From Nitrososphaerota archaeon (lineage in GTDB: Archaea > Thermoproteota > Nitrososphaeria_A > Caldarchaeales > Calditenuaceae), in NCBI GenBank assembly GCA_033581555.1, contig JAVQSZ010000007.1, positions 37,093 to 101,092 of the forward strand: 64,000 nt of DNA, read 5' to 3'. Of the stretch, positions 55,711 through 64,000 are shown piece after piece. The position numbers and the translations under genes were made by a program. Under the pieces are notes generated by a model, which was not told the DNA's origin, did no database searches, and worked only from the letters and a program-made list of their open reading frames with translations. Numbering within the stretch: the stretch's first letter is position 1; the number at the start of each line of letters is the position of its first letter.

Positions 55711-56679
55711 TTGGACGTCTGGCTGCCCCGCGGCGGAGAGGAGGTCCTCGTCGAGCTCCCTCCAGAGGCGCGGGTCGAGTTCTACGACCCTGTGCCCGTC
55801 AGCGACCTCTCCGAAGCCCCGGACGTCAGGGCCGGCGAGCTGGTCGTCGTCGACGCGTCGCACCTCAGTCCCGAGTCGATCGCGGACCTCGTCGAGCGCC
55901 TACGTCCAGCGAGGCCGGTATTGACGACGTGGCTGGCCCACGGTTCCGCTCCGGACGCGTCGGTCCTCTCCCGTCTCAGGTCCCTGGGCCTAGCGACGAC
56001 CTCCGACGACTGGGCGGTGGCCGAGCTCCGGGACTCCGGCGAGCTGACCTACGTCTCGCCGCCCCTCGCGCTCCCTCAGCGGCTCTCCTCCCCTGAGTCG
56101 AGGGCCAGGGCGCTCCTGAGCTCCGTGGGACTCGACCCCGAGGGGAAGAGGGTGCGGGCCGTCGGCCTCGTCCTCTCGCGGGAAGGAGAGCTCAGGGGCT
56201 TCGCGGAGGCTGACAGGTTACCCGGGGCCGAGCTCCGCGGCGAGCACGACCTCATCCTCCTCTCGCCTGGCGGCTTCCCCTTCGATAGGACCCTCCTCCA
56301 GGTCCTCCTCTGCCTCGAGCCCTACGCGGCCCTCTGCAGAGAGCGGGGCGTGATCGGCGTCGTCGCCGAGTGCGCGGAAGGCCTGGGGTCGAAGAGGTTG
56401 CTGGAGGCCGTGCTCTCCGGGAACCGCCCCGCGGGGACCGTCGAGGGGGAGGCGCTCGGCTCGCTCGAGTCGGTCAGGGCGAGGGCCAGGGTCGTCGCAT
56501 CGGTCCCGCTCCCCAGGACCTACGTCGAGAGGGCCTTCGGGATGAAGCAGGCGCTAAGGCTTCAGGAGGCGGTTGCGGCCGCGACGAGGTTCGTCGGGAG
56601 GGAGATCAGGGCGGCGGTGGTGAGGTGCGCGTCGCTCAGGGCAGCGGCAGGAGGGGCTGAACGACCACGTACGTCATGA
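55711..56679 (+). CDS. Degenerate LarA (lactate racemase)-like protein; C-terminal domain recognisable
   Basis: LILLSPGGFPFDRTLLQ...GVIGVVAECAEGLGS; N-terminal half shortened. Confidence 0.6.
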   Translation: MDVWLPRGGEEVLVELPPEARVEFYDPVPVSDLSEAPDVRAGELVVVDASHLSPESIADLVERLRPARPVLTTWLAHGSAPDASVLSRLRSLGLATTSDDWAVAELRDSGELTYVSPPLALPQRLSSPESRARALLSSVGLDPEGKRVRAVGLVLSREGELRGFAEADRLPGAELRGEHDLILLSPGGFPFDRTLLQVLLCLEPYAALCRERGVIGVVAECAEGLGSKRLLEAVLSGNRPAGTVEGEALGSLESVRARARVVASVPLPRTYVERAFGMKQALRLQEAVAAATRFVGREIRAAVVRCASLRAAAGGAERPRTS

Positions 56680-57793
56680 CCAGCATCGCCATGACCCCGA
56701 CCATCGCGGCCTTCCTCCACCTCGAGAGCCTGGAGACGTTGTCGAGGACCGTCACGTCGACCGGGTTCCTCATCAGGAGGAGCAGGAGTATCGCGAAGAA
56801 GAAGTAGCCCGTCAGCATGAGGACCGCGACCGAGGCGTAGGAGGCGATGAGGTGGCCCCTCCTCGAGAGGAAGCTCCTGAAGATCCTGCCGCCGTCGAGC
56901 TGCCAGATCGGGAGCAGATTGAGGGCCGTGACCACCATCCCCAGCCAAGCCGCAAAGACCACGGTCGGGAAAATCGGGACCAGTCCCTCCCTGCCCTGAC
57001 CGAAGATGGCCGCGAAGACGTCGAAGACCAGGGGAGCCCTCAGCGCCCCCACCCTGCCCTCCTGGACCAGCCTCATAACCTCCTCGGTCGGGAGCCAAGC
57101 CGCGGTCTGGAACGAGTAAGCCGTGACCACCAGCGCCACCGCGAAGCCCGCGACGGGCCCGCTGACCCCGAGGTCGAAGAGGTCGTCCCTGTTGACGACT
57201 GGGCTCCTCTGGAAGATCACCGCCCCGAAGGTCGGTATCGAACCTGGTATCCCCGGGATGAAGTAAGGGAGGGAGGTGTCGATCCCGTCGATCCTCGCGG
57301 AGAGCTTGTGGCCCAACTCGTGGACGCCGACGATCGCCAGCAGCGCGACCGTGTACACCGCAGCGTTGAAGACCGCCGAGTCCAGCGGCGGACCGAAGAC
57401 CCTCTCGGCCTCGATCGACCTGAGGTAGCCGTCGACGAACGTGGTGACGGCGGTGAGGGCGAGCAGCGCCAGCGGCACCAGGCTCCTCCTCTCCGGGAAC
57501 CTCGGGGCCCTGAAGAACCTGATCCTCACCCCCAGCTCGTCCCTCTCGACCGTTGGGACGTACCCGGCCCGCCAGACCTCCCTGTAGAGGGCCTTGAAGG
57601 GCCTCTTCACCTCCTGCTCCTGGACCCTGTAGGTCAGGACGCCGGACTCGTACCTGACGTCCGCGACCGTGAAGTGCCTCGAGACGGCCTCGGTGAGCCT
57701 CCTCACCTCCTCGGCCTGCGACTGGGCCTCAGCGCCCGCGTCCTGCCCTCCCGCGACCGGCCGTCCCTCGGCCTCGGGGGCCTCAGACCTCAT
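56636..57793 (-). CDS. Site-2 protease (M50) intramembrane metalloprotease
   Basis: HELGH, PYFIP, TFGAVI, SGPVAGF, NLLPIWQLDGG. Confidence 0.94.
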   Translation of the reverse strand: MRSEAPEAEGRPVAGGQDAGAEAQSQAEEVRRLTEAVSRHFTVADVRYESGVLTYRVQEQEVKRPFKALYREVWRAGYVPTVERDELGVRIRFFRAPRFPERRSLVPLALLALTAVTTFVDGYLRSIEAERVFGPPLDSAVFNAAVYTVALLAIVGVHELGHKLSARIDGIDTSLPYFIPGIPGSIPTFGAVIFQRSPVVNRDDLFDLGVSGPVAGFAVALVVTAYSFQTAAWLPTEEVMRLVQEGRVGALRAPLVFDVFAAIFGQGREGLVPIFPTVVFAAWLGMVVTALNLLPIWQLDGGRIFRSFLSRRGHLIASYASVAVLMLTGYFFFAILLLLLMRNPVDVTVLDNVSRLSRWRKAAMVGVMAMLVMTYVVVQPLLPLP

Positions 57794-59042
57794 ACCGCTG
57801 ACCCCTCACGGGGCTGATTCCCTCCGCGCCCGCCTCCGCGGTGGCCCAGGCGGCGAGCTCCTCGCAGGACTCAGGCTCGCCGTGGATCGCGAAGGCCTTC
57901 GAGCCCTCCGCGACCCTCTTCAGGTACTCGTGGAGCTCCTTCCTCCCCGCATGGGCCGAGAGCTTGAACTGTTGGACCCTGCCGTTGAACCTGACCGGCC
58001 CGTCCTCGAAGTGGAGGACTCCGGTCTCGAGGAGCCTCGCTCCCGGGGACCCTGGGACCTGGAAGCTGACCAGCGTGATCGAGGACTTGGGGTCTGGGGC
58101 GATCGACTTGGCGTAGTGGACCGCCGGTCCTCCCTTCAGCATCCCCGCGGGAGTTATCACGACCGCCGGGCTCTCCAGCGCCCTCTCCCTATCCCTGTTC
58201 CCCTTGACGAACCTGATCCTCTCGACCGTCTGGCCCAACAGCTGGATGCCGTCAACGTACTCCTCGCTCTCGAGGTAGATCTGGGTGATGTCCTTTGCCA
58301 TCCCGTCCATGTAGACCGGGTAGCCGAAGTTTCTGGCCCTCAGGATCATCGCGACCTCTTGGGACCTAGCTACCGAGAAGGCCGGCACCAGCGCGGTCCC
58401 ACCGGCCTCCACCGTCTCCTTCACCGACTCGAGGACCAGCTTCTCGAGCTCCTCCCTGGGCCTGTGGTCCTCCCTCGCGTAGGTCGACTCGACGACCACC
58501 GCGTCGAAGCCTCCGCTCGGGACCTCAGCACCCCTCAGGAGCCTCGTCCTGACGGTAGTGAAGTCGCCTGAGTAGAGGAGGGTCTTCTCCGCGTTGACGA
58601 CGACCTGCGCGCTCCCCGGGATGTGGCCCGCGTCCACCAGCTCGATCTCGACGTCCTTCACTCTCAACGTCTCGCCGTAGTGAAGCCTCTTCCCCCTCTC
58701 GATAGTCCTCCTGATCTCCCTCTCCCCGAAGACCAGCTGGTCCGCGTTCAGCTTGTGCATGTCCCTCAGCAGGACCTCAGCCTGCCTGTACGTCGCCTCG
58801 GTCGCGTAGAGGTTGGGGCTGGAGCTGATGAAGAGCATCGGGACAGCTCCCGCGTGGTCGAGGTGCGCGTGGGTCAGGACCACCGCGTCGAGGTCCTTCG
58901 GGGCCACGTGTCCTGGGAAGATCAGCTGGTCGTTCTCGATCCTCACGCCGTAGTCGAGGAGGACCTTCGTCCCGCTCCTCGTCCTGACGAGCACCGCGTT
59001 CCCTCCTACCTCCCTCGCGCCTCCGAGGAACTCCACCTCCAT
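57783..59042 (-). CDS. MBL/beta-CASP ribonuclease (aCPSF-like, no KH domains)
   Basis: LGGAREVG, LDYG, THAHLDHAG, AGHIPGS, YSGD, ESTY, PAFSVARSQE, SAHAG, HGE. Confidence 0.93.
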   Translation of the reverse strand: MEVEFLGGAREVGGNAVLVRTRSGTKVLLDYGVRIENDQLIFPGHVAPKDLDAVVLTHAHLDHAGAVPMLFISSSPNLYATEATYRQAEVLLRDMHKLNADQLVFGEREIRRTIERGKRLHYGETLRVKDVEIELVDAGHIPGSAQVVVNAEKTLLYSGDFTTVRTRLLRGAEVPSGGFDAVVVESTYAREDHRPREELEKLVLESVKETVEAGGTALVPAFSVARSQEVAMILRARNFGYPVYMDGMAKDITQIYLESEEYVDGIQLLGQTVERIRFVKGNRDRERALESPAVVITPAGMLKGGPAVHYAKSIAPDPKSSITLVSFQVPGSPGARLLETGVLHFEDGPVRFNGRVQQFKLSAHAGRKELHEYLKRVAEGSKAFAIHGEPESCEELAAWATAEAGAEGISPVRGQRYEV

Positions 59043-59144
59043 CCCTTGTGCACCTTCGAGCTTTCCGCCTTGAGTCTCCGGAGCAGCAAATAAACTGGTG
59101 TCCGGGAGACCGGTGCACGTGGCTCCTGCGCCTTCTCCGTCCCC

Positions 59145-59654
59145 TCAGACCTCTTGGACCTCGACGGTCAAGTCCTCGGTCTTCAGGGTCGCGAAGGTGG
59201 ACTTCCCCGTCAGGTCGCCGAAGACCTCCCCTGGGTTCAGCAGCAGCGTCTTCCCGAGGGTCCTGACATCGAGCTGGTGGGTGTGACCGTAGAGGACGCA
59301 GTCCCAGTGGCCCGAGGCTGCGAGGGCCTCCGCGAGCCTCACCGTCGCGTCCCTGGGTCCGAAGCCGTGGACCAGCAGGAACCTCCTCCCGCCCAGTTCG
59401 AGCTCTGCTGGCCAGTGCCTCAGCTCCACCCCTGCCTCCCTCGCGGCCGAGGAGAGGGAGAGGGGGTCGCCGTCGTTGTTCCCCAGCACGCCCACCTTCC
59501 TCACCCCTAACCTCCCCAGCTCCCTCAACGTGAACGGGCTGGTGTAGTCCCCGAGGTGTATCAGCGCCTCCGCCCCGAGCTCCCTCGCCCTCTCCAGCGC
59601 CCTCCTCAACCGGTCGAGCCTGTCGTGGGTGTCCGAAAGCACCGCCACGATCAT
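59145..59654 (-). CDS. Metallophosphoesterase (YfcE/MJ0936 family)
   Basis: SDTH, HLGD, GNND, VHG, YGHTH, NPGE. Confidence 0.94.
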   Translation of the reverse strand: MIVAVLSDTHDRLDRLRRALERARELGAEALIHLGDYTSPFTLRELGRLGVRKVGVLGNNDGDPLSLSSAAREAGVELRHWPAELELGGRRFLLVHGFGPRDATVRLAEALAASGHWDCVLYGHTHQLDVRTLGKTLLLNPGEVFGDLTGKSTFATLKTEDLTVEVQEV

Positions 59655-59688
59655 CGGCGTCCCCGGCCCCTCCCGCTAGAAAAGCAGT

Positions 59689-60264
59689 TCACATGGCGAT
59701 CAGCAGGTCGACCGTCAGGACCACCAGCATCATCGCCAGCCCCGCGGCGAGGAACCTGACGGCCGCGTAGGTGGGCCTCAGCCTGAGGTGCCTCTCGACG
59801 AGCCTACCCACTCCTGCCAACGACGCGAGCGAGACCGCCGCGGAGGCCGCGACGCCGTGGATCGGCTCCAGCAGCGACTGCGCCACTAGGAGGTACGGCG
59901 ACGAGACCAGCACTACCCCGGACGCTGCAGCGGCCGCGTTGATCAGCCCCACCAGGAGGGGGGCCGTGACCGCGGCCTCGTGGTGTATGGTCCCCCTCAG
60001 GTCCGAGAGGAGGGCCTCCTCAAGCCTCCTGAGCCTCGACTGCTGCTCGACGCTCTCCGCCAGCCAGGCCCCCATGAACCCCGAGACCGCGGAGCCGAGC
60101 GTCACCGAGGCCACCGTCACCAGAACGACCTTCAGGCCGGTCGCCGAGGAAACCGCGAGTCCGAGGACCAGTCCGGTCCCCACCATCACGCCGTCGAAGA
60201 AGTTCATCAGCGCGACCCTCCTCGCGACCTCAAGGGCCTCAGAGAGCCTGAGCAGCCCGCTCAA
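59689..60264 (-). CDS. VIT1/CCC1-like (TIGR00267-type) membrane protein
   Basis: ARRVALMNFFDG...SGFMGAWLAE...LEEALLSDLRGT, about five TM segments. Confidence 0.78.
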   Translation of the reverse strand: MSGLLRLSEALEVARRVALMNFFDGVMVGTGLVLGLAVSSATGLKVVLVTVASVTLGSAVSGFMGAWLAESVEQQSRLRRLEEALLSDLRGTIHHEAAVTAPLLVGLINAAAAASGVVLVSSPYLLVAQSLLEPIHGVAASAAVSLASLAGVGRLVERHLRLRPTYAAVRFLAAGLAMMLVVLTVDLLIAM

Positions 60265-60560
60265 GCCTTCCTCTCGGACCTCCTGACCTCGACGACCACC
60301 TCGTCGACCGAGTGGACCACCCCGCCCAGCCTCCTCACGGTCTCGGAGATCTCCTCCATGTCCAGGTCCTTGCCCTCGATCACGAGCTTCACGGTCTCGG
60401 TCTCCGCGTCGACCTCCATCACTGAGGCGTTCACCCTCTCCACGCTCCTCGTCGAAGTCAGGCTCCTCGCGAACTCAACCAGCGACGGCTGGTGGGGCTT
60501 GAGGACGTCCAGGACCAGCTTCGAGACCACGGTCCCCCTCTCGGCCCTCCTTTCGTCCAT
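60261..60560 (-). CDS. DUF211 family protein
   Basis: LVLDVLKPHQPS...EVDAETETVKLVIEG...GGVVHSVDEV; ATG 60560. Confidence 0.9.
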   Translation of the reverse strand: MDERRAERGTVVSKLVLDVLKPHQPSLVEFARSLTSTRSVERVNASVMEVDAETETVKLVIEGKDLDMEEISETVRRLGGVVHSVDEVVVEVRRSERKA

Positions 60561-60605
60561 TCCCCGCCCCAGACCGGTAGGACCCACCGCCCCCAAAATA
60601 AAAAT

Positions 60606-60857
60606 ATGGACGGGGAGCGCGAGGAGTCCGGCGTGGTCGCCGCCAGGGCCTTGAGGGTCAGGAGGGCCGCGATCGTCGAGGGCGAGCGGGTCGGCGAGTG
60701 GAACTGGATGGTCTGCGACTCCTGCCTCACCGAGATCGAGTCCTCCGGAGAGCAGGCCAAGTGCCCCCACTGCGGCGCCGTCTTCCACGGCTTCTGCTAC
60801 GAGGCCCTGAAGAGGAGCAAGGGCAAGTGCCCCAAGTGTCGGATCGAGATCGAGTGA
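60606..60857 (+). CDS. Small RING-like (C4HC3) zinc-finger protein, 83 aa
   Basis: CDSC-x12-CPHC-x4-H-x2-C-x10-CPKC followed by R; ATG 60606. Confidence 0.8.
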   Translation: MDGEREESGVVAARALRVRRAAIVEGERVGEWNWMVCDSCLTEIESSGEQAKCPHCGAVFHGFCYEALKRSKGKCPKCRIEIE

Positions 60858-60931
60858 TCCGATTTATTATCCCGTCCCCCTTGCCGACCACCGATTATTA
60901 TTCTCGCCCTAAAGGGGTTGGGGAGGGACCG

Positions 60932-61921
60932 ATGGACCGCCCCGTCACATGGTCGGCGCCCGGCAAGGTCATCATCTGCGGAGAGCACTTCGTGGTCTAC
61001 GGCGCCGCCGCGATCGCAGCGGCCCTAGACAGGAGGGCCTACTGCACCGTCTCCCCGAGGGACGACCCCGTCATCAGGATCTCCTCGAAGCAGGTCGGTT
61101 CGGCCGAGTGGCGCGACGGCAAGCTGGTCAGGGAGTCATCGAGGGGCGTCGGGCAGAGATTGGGCGCCTACCACAAGATGGTCACCTCGATCCTTCAGGG
61201 CCTCGACAGGAGGAAGGGCGTCAATGTGGTCATCGACTCCCAGATACCTAGGGCCCTCGGGCTGGGCTCGTCGGCGTCGATCGCCGTCGCGATGGCCGGC
61301 GCCCTCCTCGACTTCTCCGGCGTCAGCTTCGAGCCCGAGGACCTGGCCCAGCACGCGCTCGTCGCCGAGTCCGAGGTCCACTACAGGCCCTCCGGGATCG
61401 ACCCCATGGTCTCCGCGCTCGGCGGGATCATCAAGTTCAGGAAGGGGTCCAAGCCCGTCAGGCTCGAGCCCCCGGTCCCCCTGGAGGTCCTGGTGATAGA
61501 GACCGGGAAGACGAAGAGGACCTCCGAGATGGTCAGGAGGGTCTCCCAGTTCAGGGAGCTCCACGTCGGGGTCTTCGAGAAGCTGATGGAGTTGGCCGAG
61601 GTGATCACCCAGGAGGTCGAGCTGGCGATACTCAACAACCGGCTCGAGAGGCTCGGGAGCCTCCTCACCGTGAACCACAACGTCCTCAGGATCATAGGCG
61701 TCTCGACGAAGGAGCTCGACGAGGTCGTGGAGGCCTCGATAGGCACCGGTGCCTACGGCGCGAAGCTCACCGGAGGCGGAGGGGGAGGGGCCGTGATCGC
61801 GGTCGCGGGCGACCAGACCGTCAAGAAGGTCGTCGAGAGGCTGCAGAGGACCTACGCGGTCAGGAGGGTGAAGCTGCCCCAGGAGGGCGTCAGGAAGGAG
61901 TCCAAGCCGCCTTCGGCCTGA
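60932..61921 (+). CDS. mvk: Mevalonate kinase
   Basis: APGKVIICGEHFVVYG, PRALGLGSSAS, PSGID, GAKLTGGGGGG. Confidence 0.95.
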   Translation: MDRPVTWSAPGKVIICGEHFVVYGAAAIAAALDRRAYCTVSPRDDPVIRISSKQVGSAEWRDGKLVRESSRGVGQRLGAYHKMVTSILQGLDRRKGVNVVIDSQIPRALGLGSSASIAVAMAGALLDFSGVSFEPEDLAQHALVAESEVHYRPSGIDPMVSALGGIIKFRKGSKPVRLEPPVPLEVLVIETGKTKRTSEMVRRVSQFRELHVGVFEKLMELAEVITQEVELAILNNRLERLGSLLTVNHNVLRIIGVSTKELDEVVEASIGTGAYGAKLTGGGGGGAVIAVAGDQTVKKVVERLQRTYAVRRVKLPQEGVRKESKPPSA

Positions 61922-61954
61922 TGCGGGTTAAATCCCAGCACCGAAAAGCTGGAG

Positions 61955-62003
61955 ATGGCGATGAGGAGTTTGCCGAGTGGTGACCTGTGATCGGGCTGAG
62001 GTT
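61955..62003 (+). ncRNA. Box C/D sRNA (weaker candidate)
   Basis: C-like GCGATGA 61958-64, D' CCGA 61973-76, C' GTGGTGA 61977-83, 12-nt guide, D CTGA 61996-99; TATA-like ttaaat at 61928-33; intergenic. Confidence 0.5.
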
Positions 62004-62034
62004 ATCCGAGCCGCCGCTCCCCTCCTGACGCGAC

Positions 62035-63375
62035 TTAGACCGAGCCAGTCAGCGAGACGTACTCGTAGGCCTCGACCGCGTTAGAGAAGGCGTACAACAC
62101 CCTCCTGTACCCCTTCCTGAACTCCGCGACGTCCTCCGAGATCCTCTTCGGGTCCTCCCTCCTCACCAGGGCCCTCCCGATGAACCCCGCGATCTCCCTC
62201 ATCTCGTCCCTCCCCATCCCCAGCCTCGTCACCTCCTGGGTCCCCAGCCTTATCCCGCTCGGGTTCCTGTGGTCGGTCCTCAGCTTGTAGTCCTTGGGCA
62301 GCAGGTTCCTGTTGACGATGATCCCCGCCGACTCCAGCAGCATCTCCGCCTCCCTTCCCCCCATGTACCTGCTGACGTCGACCAGGACCTGATGCGACTC
62401 CGTGAACCCCAAGTCTCCGTAGAGCACGTCGAGACCCTCCTCCGCCAGGTAGCCGGCCAGCGCCTTCGCGTTCTCCACGATCCTCGCGGCGTACTCCTCG
62501 TAGAAGGCGAGGGCCTCCGCGAGCGCGATCGTCACCCCCGCGACCGCGTGGAGGTGGTGGTTGCTGTGGAGCCCAGGGAACATCACCCGCTTGAACTCCT
62601 CTTCGTACCTCTTCCAGCTCAACAGCATCCCGTGCTGGGGCCCCGCGAGCGTCTTGTGGGTGCTCATCGTCACCGCGTCCGCCCCCTCCCTCAGCGGGTC
62701 CTGGAACCTCTTCCCCGCGATCAGCCCTGCCACGTGGGCGGCGTCGTAGACGACCTTCGCGCCGTACTCCGCGGCGATCTCCGCGACCTCCCTCACCGGG
62801 TGCGGGAAGAGGAAGACGCTCGCGCCCAGCATGAAGAGCCTCGGCCTCTTCCCCTCCTCCCTCTCGAGCCTCTCGAGCCTCCTCCTGGTCCCGTCGACGT
62901 CGATGTTCATCCTCTCGTAGTCGAACTCGTACCTCTCCACCTGAAGGCCCCTCACGAGACCAGCAGTCCCACCCCATTCGTGCTTTCCGTGGCTGATGTG
63001 GCCTCCGTGCGGGACAGCGAGCGCGACCATCACGTCTCCGGGTTTAGCGAACGCCGTGTATGCAGAGAGGTTCGCCATCACGCCCGATATCGGCCTGAGG
63101 TCCGCGTATTCGGCGCCGTAGACCTCCTTCGCCAGCTCTATTCCCAGCAGCTCTATCATGTCGATCCACCTGCAACCCGCGTACAACCTCTCTCCGGGGT
63201 AGCCCTCCGCGTACCTGTTCCCCAGGTCGCTGGCAAGGGCCTCCCTCACCGCGGGGCTCGGTACGTTCTCGCTGGCGATCAGAGGTATCGACCTCGAGAC
63301 GAACTCGTGGTGCTTTTTCATCCACCTCAGCACGTTCCTGAAGGATTCCCCCGCCTTCTCGGCTCTGGAGCTCAA
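62035..63375 (-). CDS. glyA: Serine hydroxymethyltransferase
   Basis: LIASEN, YAEGYPGERLYAG, GGHISH, DAAHVAGLI, STHKTLAGPQ, SGIRLGT. Confidence 0.97.
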   Translation of the reverse strand: MSSRAEKAGESFRNVLRWMKKHHEFVSRSIPLIASENVPSPAVREALASDLGNRYAEGYPGERLYAGCRWIDMIELLGIELAKEVYGAEYADLRPISGVMANLSAYTAFAKPGDVMVALAVPHGGHISHGKHEWGGTAGLVRGLQVERYEFDYERMNIDVDGTRRRLERLEREEGKRPRLFMLGASVFLFPHPVREVAEIAAEYGAKVVYDAAHVAGLIAGKRFQDPLREGADAVTMSTHKTLAGPQHGMLLSWKRYEEEFKRVMFPGLHSNHHLHAVAGVTIALAEALAFYEEYAARIVENAKALAGYLAEEGLDVLYGDLGFTESHQVLVDVSRYMGGREAEMLLESAGIIVNRNLLPKDYKLRTDHRNPSGIRLGTQEVTRLGMGRDEMREIAGFIGRALVRREDPKRISEDVAEFRKGYRRVLYAFSNAVEAYEYVSLTGSV

Positions 63376-63450
63376 CCCTGTGGACCTCTTGGCCTCTAGG
63401 TTAAAGGTGTTGGGACTGCTCCCGTACCCGTGGTCGCGGTCAGAGGACCC

Positions 63451-64000
63451 TCACGTCCCGGTGTGGACTTCTATCCCGAGCCTCCTTGCCGACTCGAGGG
63501 CCTTCTCATCAGGGAAGGGCGTGACAATCAACAGCCTGTCAGGGGTCTTTCCCTCCTTCTCCTCGTAGACCAGCGCCTTCCTGTAGAACGTGACGACGTC
63601 GGACTCCCTGATCGCCGACTTGACCTCTATCAGGACGACCTTATCGTCGGTTATTGCGACGTCCACCTCGACCTCGCTCGGATAGCCGTAGACCGCTCCC
63701 TTCTCGTCCCGGGCCGTCCACCTGCTGACCCTGAGGCCGAGCTCATCCAGGACGCCCTTCATCGCCTCCCTGAACGCCGACTCGGTCATTATGCCCCACC
63801 TCGCTCCGATGGCGGTCAGTTTCCTGTCAGTTGCCTCCCACAGCCTCTTCTGGTTCTCCCACAACTTCTCCTGGTTCTCCCTGAGCGACTTGACCTCCTG
63901 CCATAGCTTCTCCTGGTTCTCCCAGAGCTTCTCTTGGCCCTCTCTGAGCGACTTGACCTCCTGCCATAGCTTCTCCTGGTTCTCCCAGAGCTTCTCTTGC
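63451..64000 (-). CDS. Coiled-coil + DUF3782/PD-(D/E)xK nuclease-domain protein (5' end beyond window)
   Basis: Heptad repeats QEKLWENQEKLWQEVKSLRE; AIGARWGIMTESAFREAM; EVDV...LIEVKS. Confidence 0.88.
   Translation of the reverse strand, partial: QEKLWENQEKLWQEVKSLREGQEKLWENQEKLWQEVKSLRENQEKLWENQKRLWEATDRKLTAIGARWGIMTESAFREAMKGVLDELGLRVSRWTARDEKGAVYGYPSEVEVDVAITDDKVVLIEVKSAIRESDVVTFYRKALVYEEKEGKTPDRLLIVTPFPDEKALESARRLGIEVHTGT
63881..63999. repeat. 63-bp period tandem repeat (21 aa = 3 heptads)
   Basis: 63881-63936 is identical to 63944-63999. Confidence 0.92.

Noticed and set aside
59048-59117. Nested inverted repeat upstream of the beta-CASP nuclease
   Set aside because: It encloses the likely promoter (tttatttg on the minus strand), so it is probably not fully transcribed; no recognisable RNA motif.

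Overview
A gene-dense, GC-rich (about two-thirds GC by eye, AGG-dominated Arg codons) chromosomal segment of a thermophilic TACK-group archaeon. It is most consistent with Caldarchaeales/'Aigarchaeota' (inference from rps25e/rps19e/rpl40e, class I LysRS, FEN1, Dph2, CofE, CDC48 and BHB-intron tRNAs). It holds about 65 mostly housekeeping genes in shuffled order with short operons. I found no CRISPR array, rRNA, integrase or transposase. Features missing from the ORF track: four tRNAs carrying five BHB-type introns (tRNA-Gln has two; tRNA-Lys(CTT) has one in the variable region), rpl40e, a 41-aa CPxCG zinc-finger microprotein, two candidate box C/D sRNAs, an N-terminally truncated type II/IV secretion ATPase, a pseudogene with two in-frame stops, and a carbamate kinase that appears to start at CTG. 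The most interesting leads are: (i) a xanthine-dehydrogenase-family operon coupled to carbamate kinase, plus a distant YgeW-like knotted transcarbamylase, suggesting a dispersed archaeal purine/ureide catabolic route; (ii) a stand-alone C4HC3 RING-like protein in a lineage known for a eukaryote-like ubiquitin system, in the same window as CDC48 with a small winged-helix partner and an E1-rhodanese fusion; (iii) an 82-bp D1/D2 gene-conversion tract inside cdc48; (iv) non-canonical tRNA introns. All product calls come from motif recognition by eye; no database searches were run.
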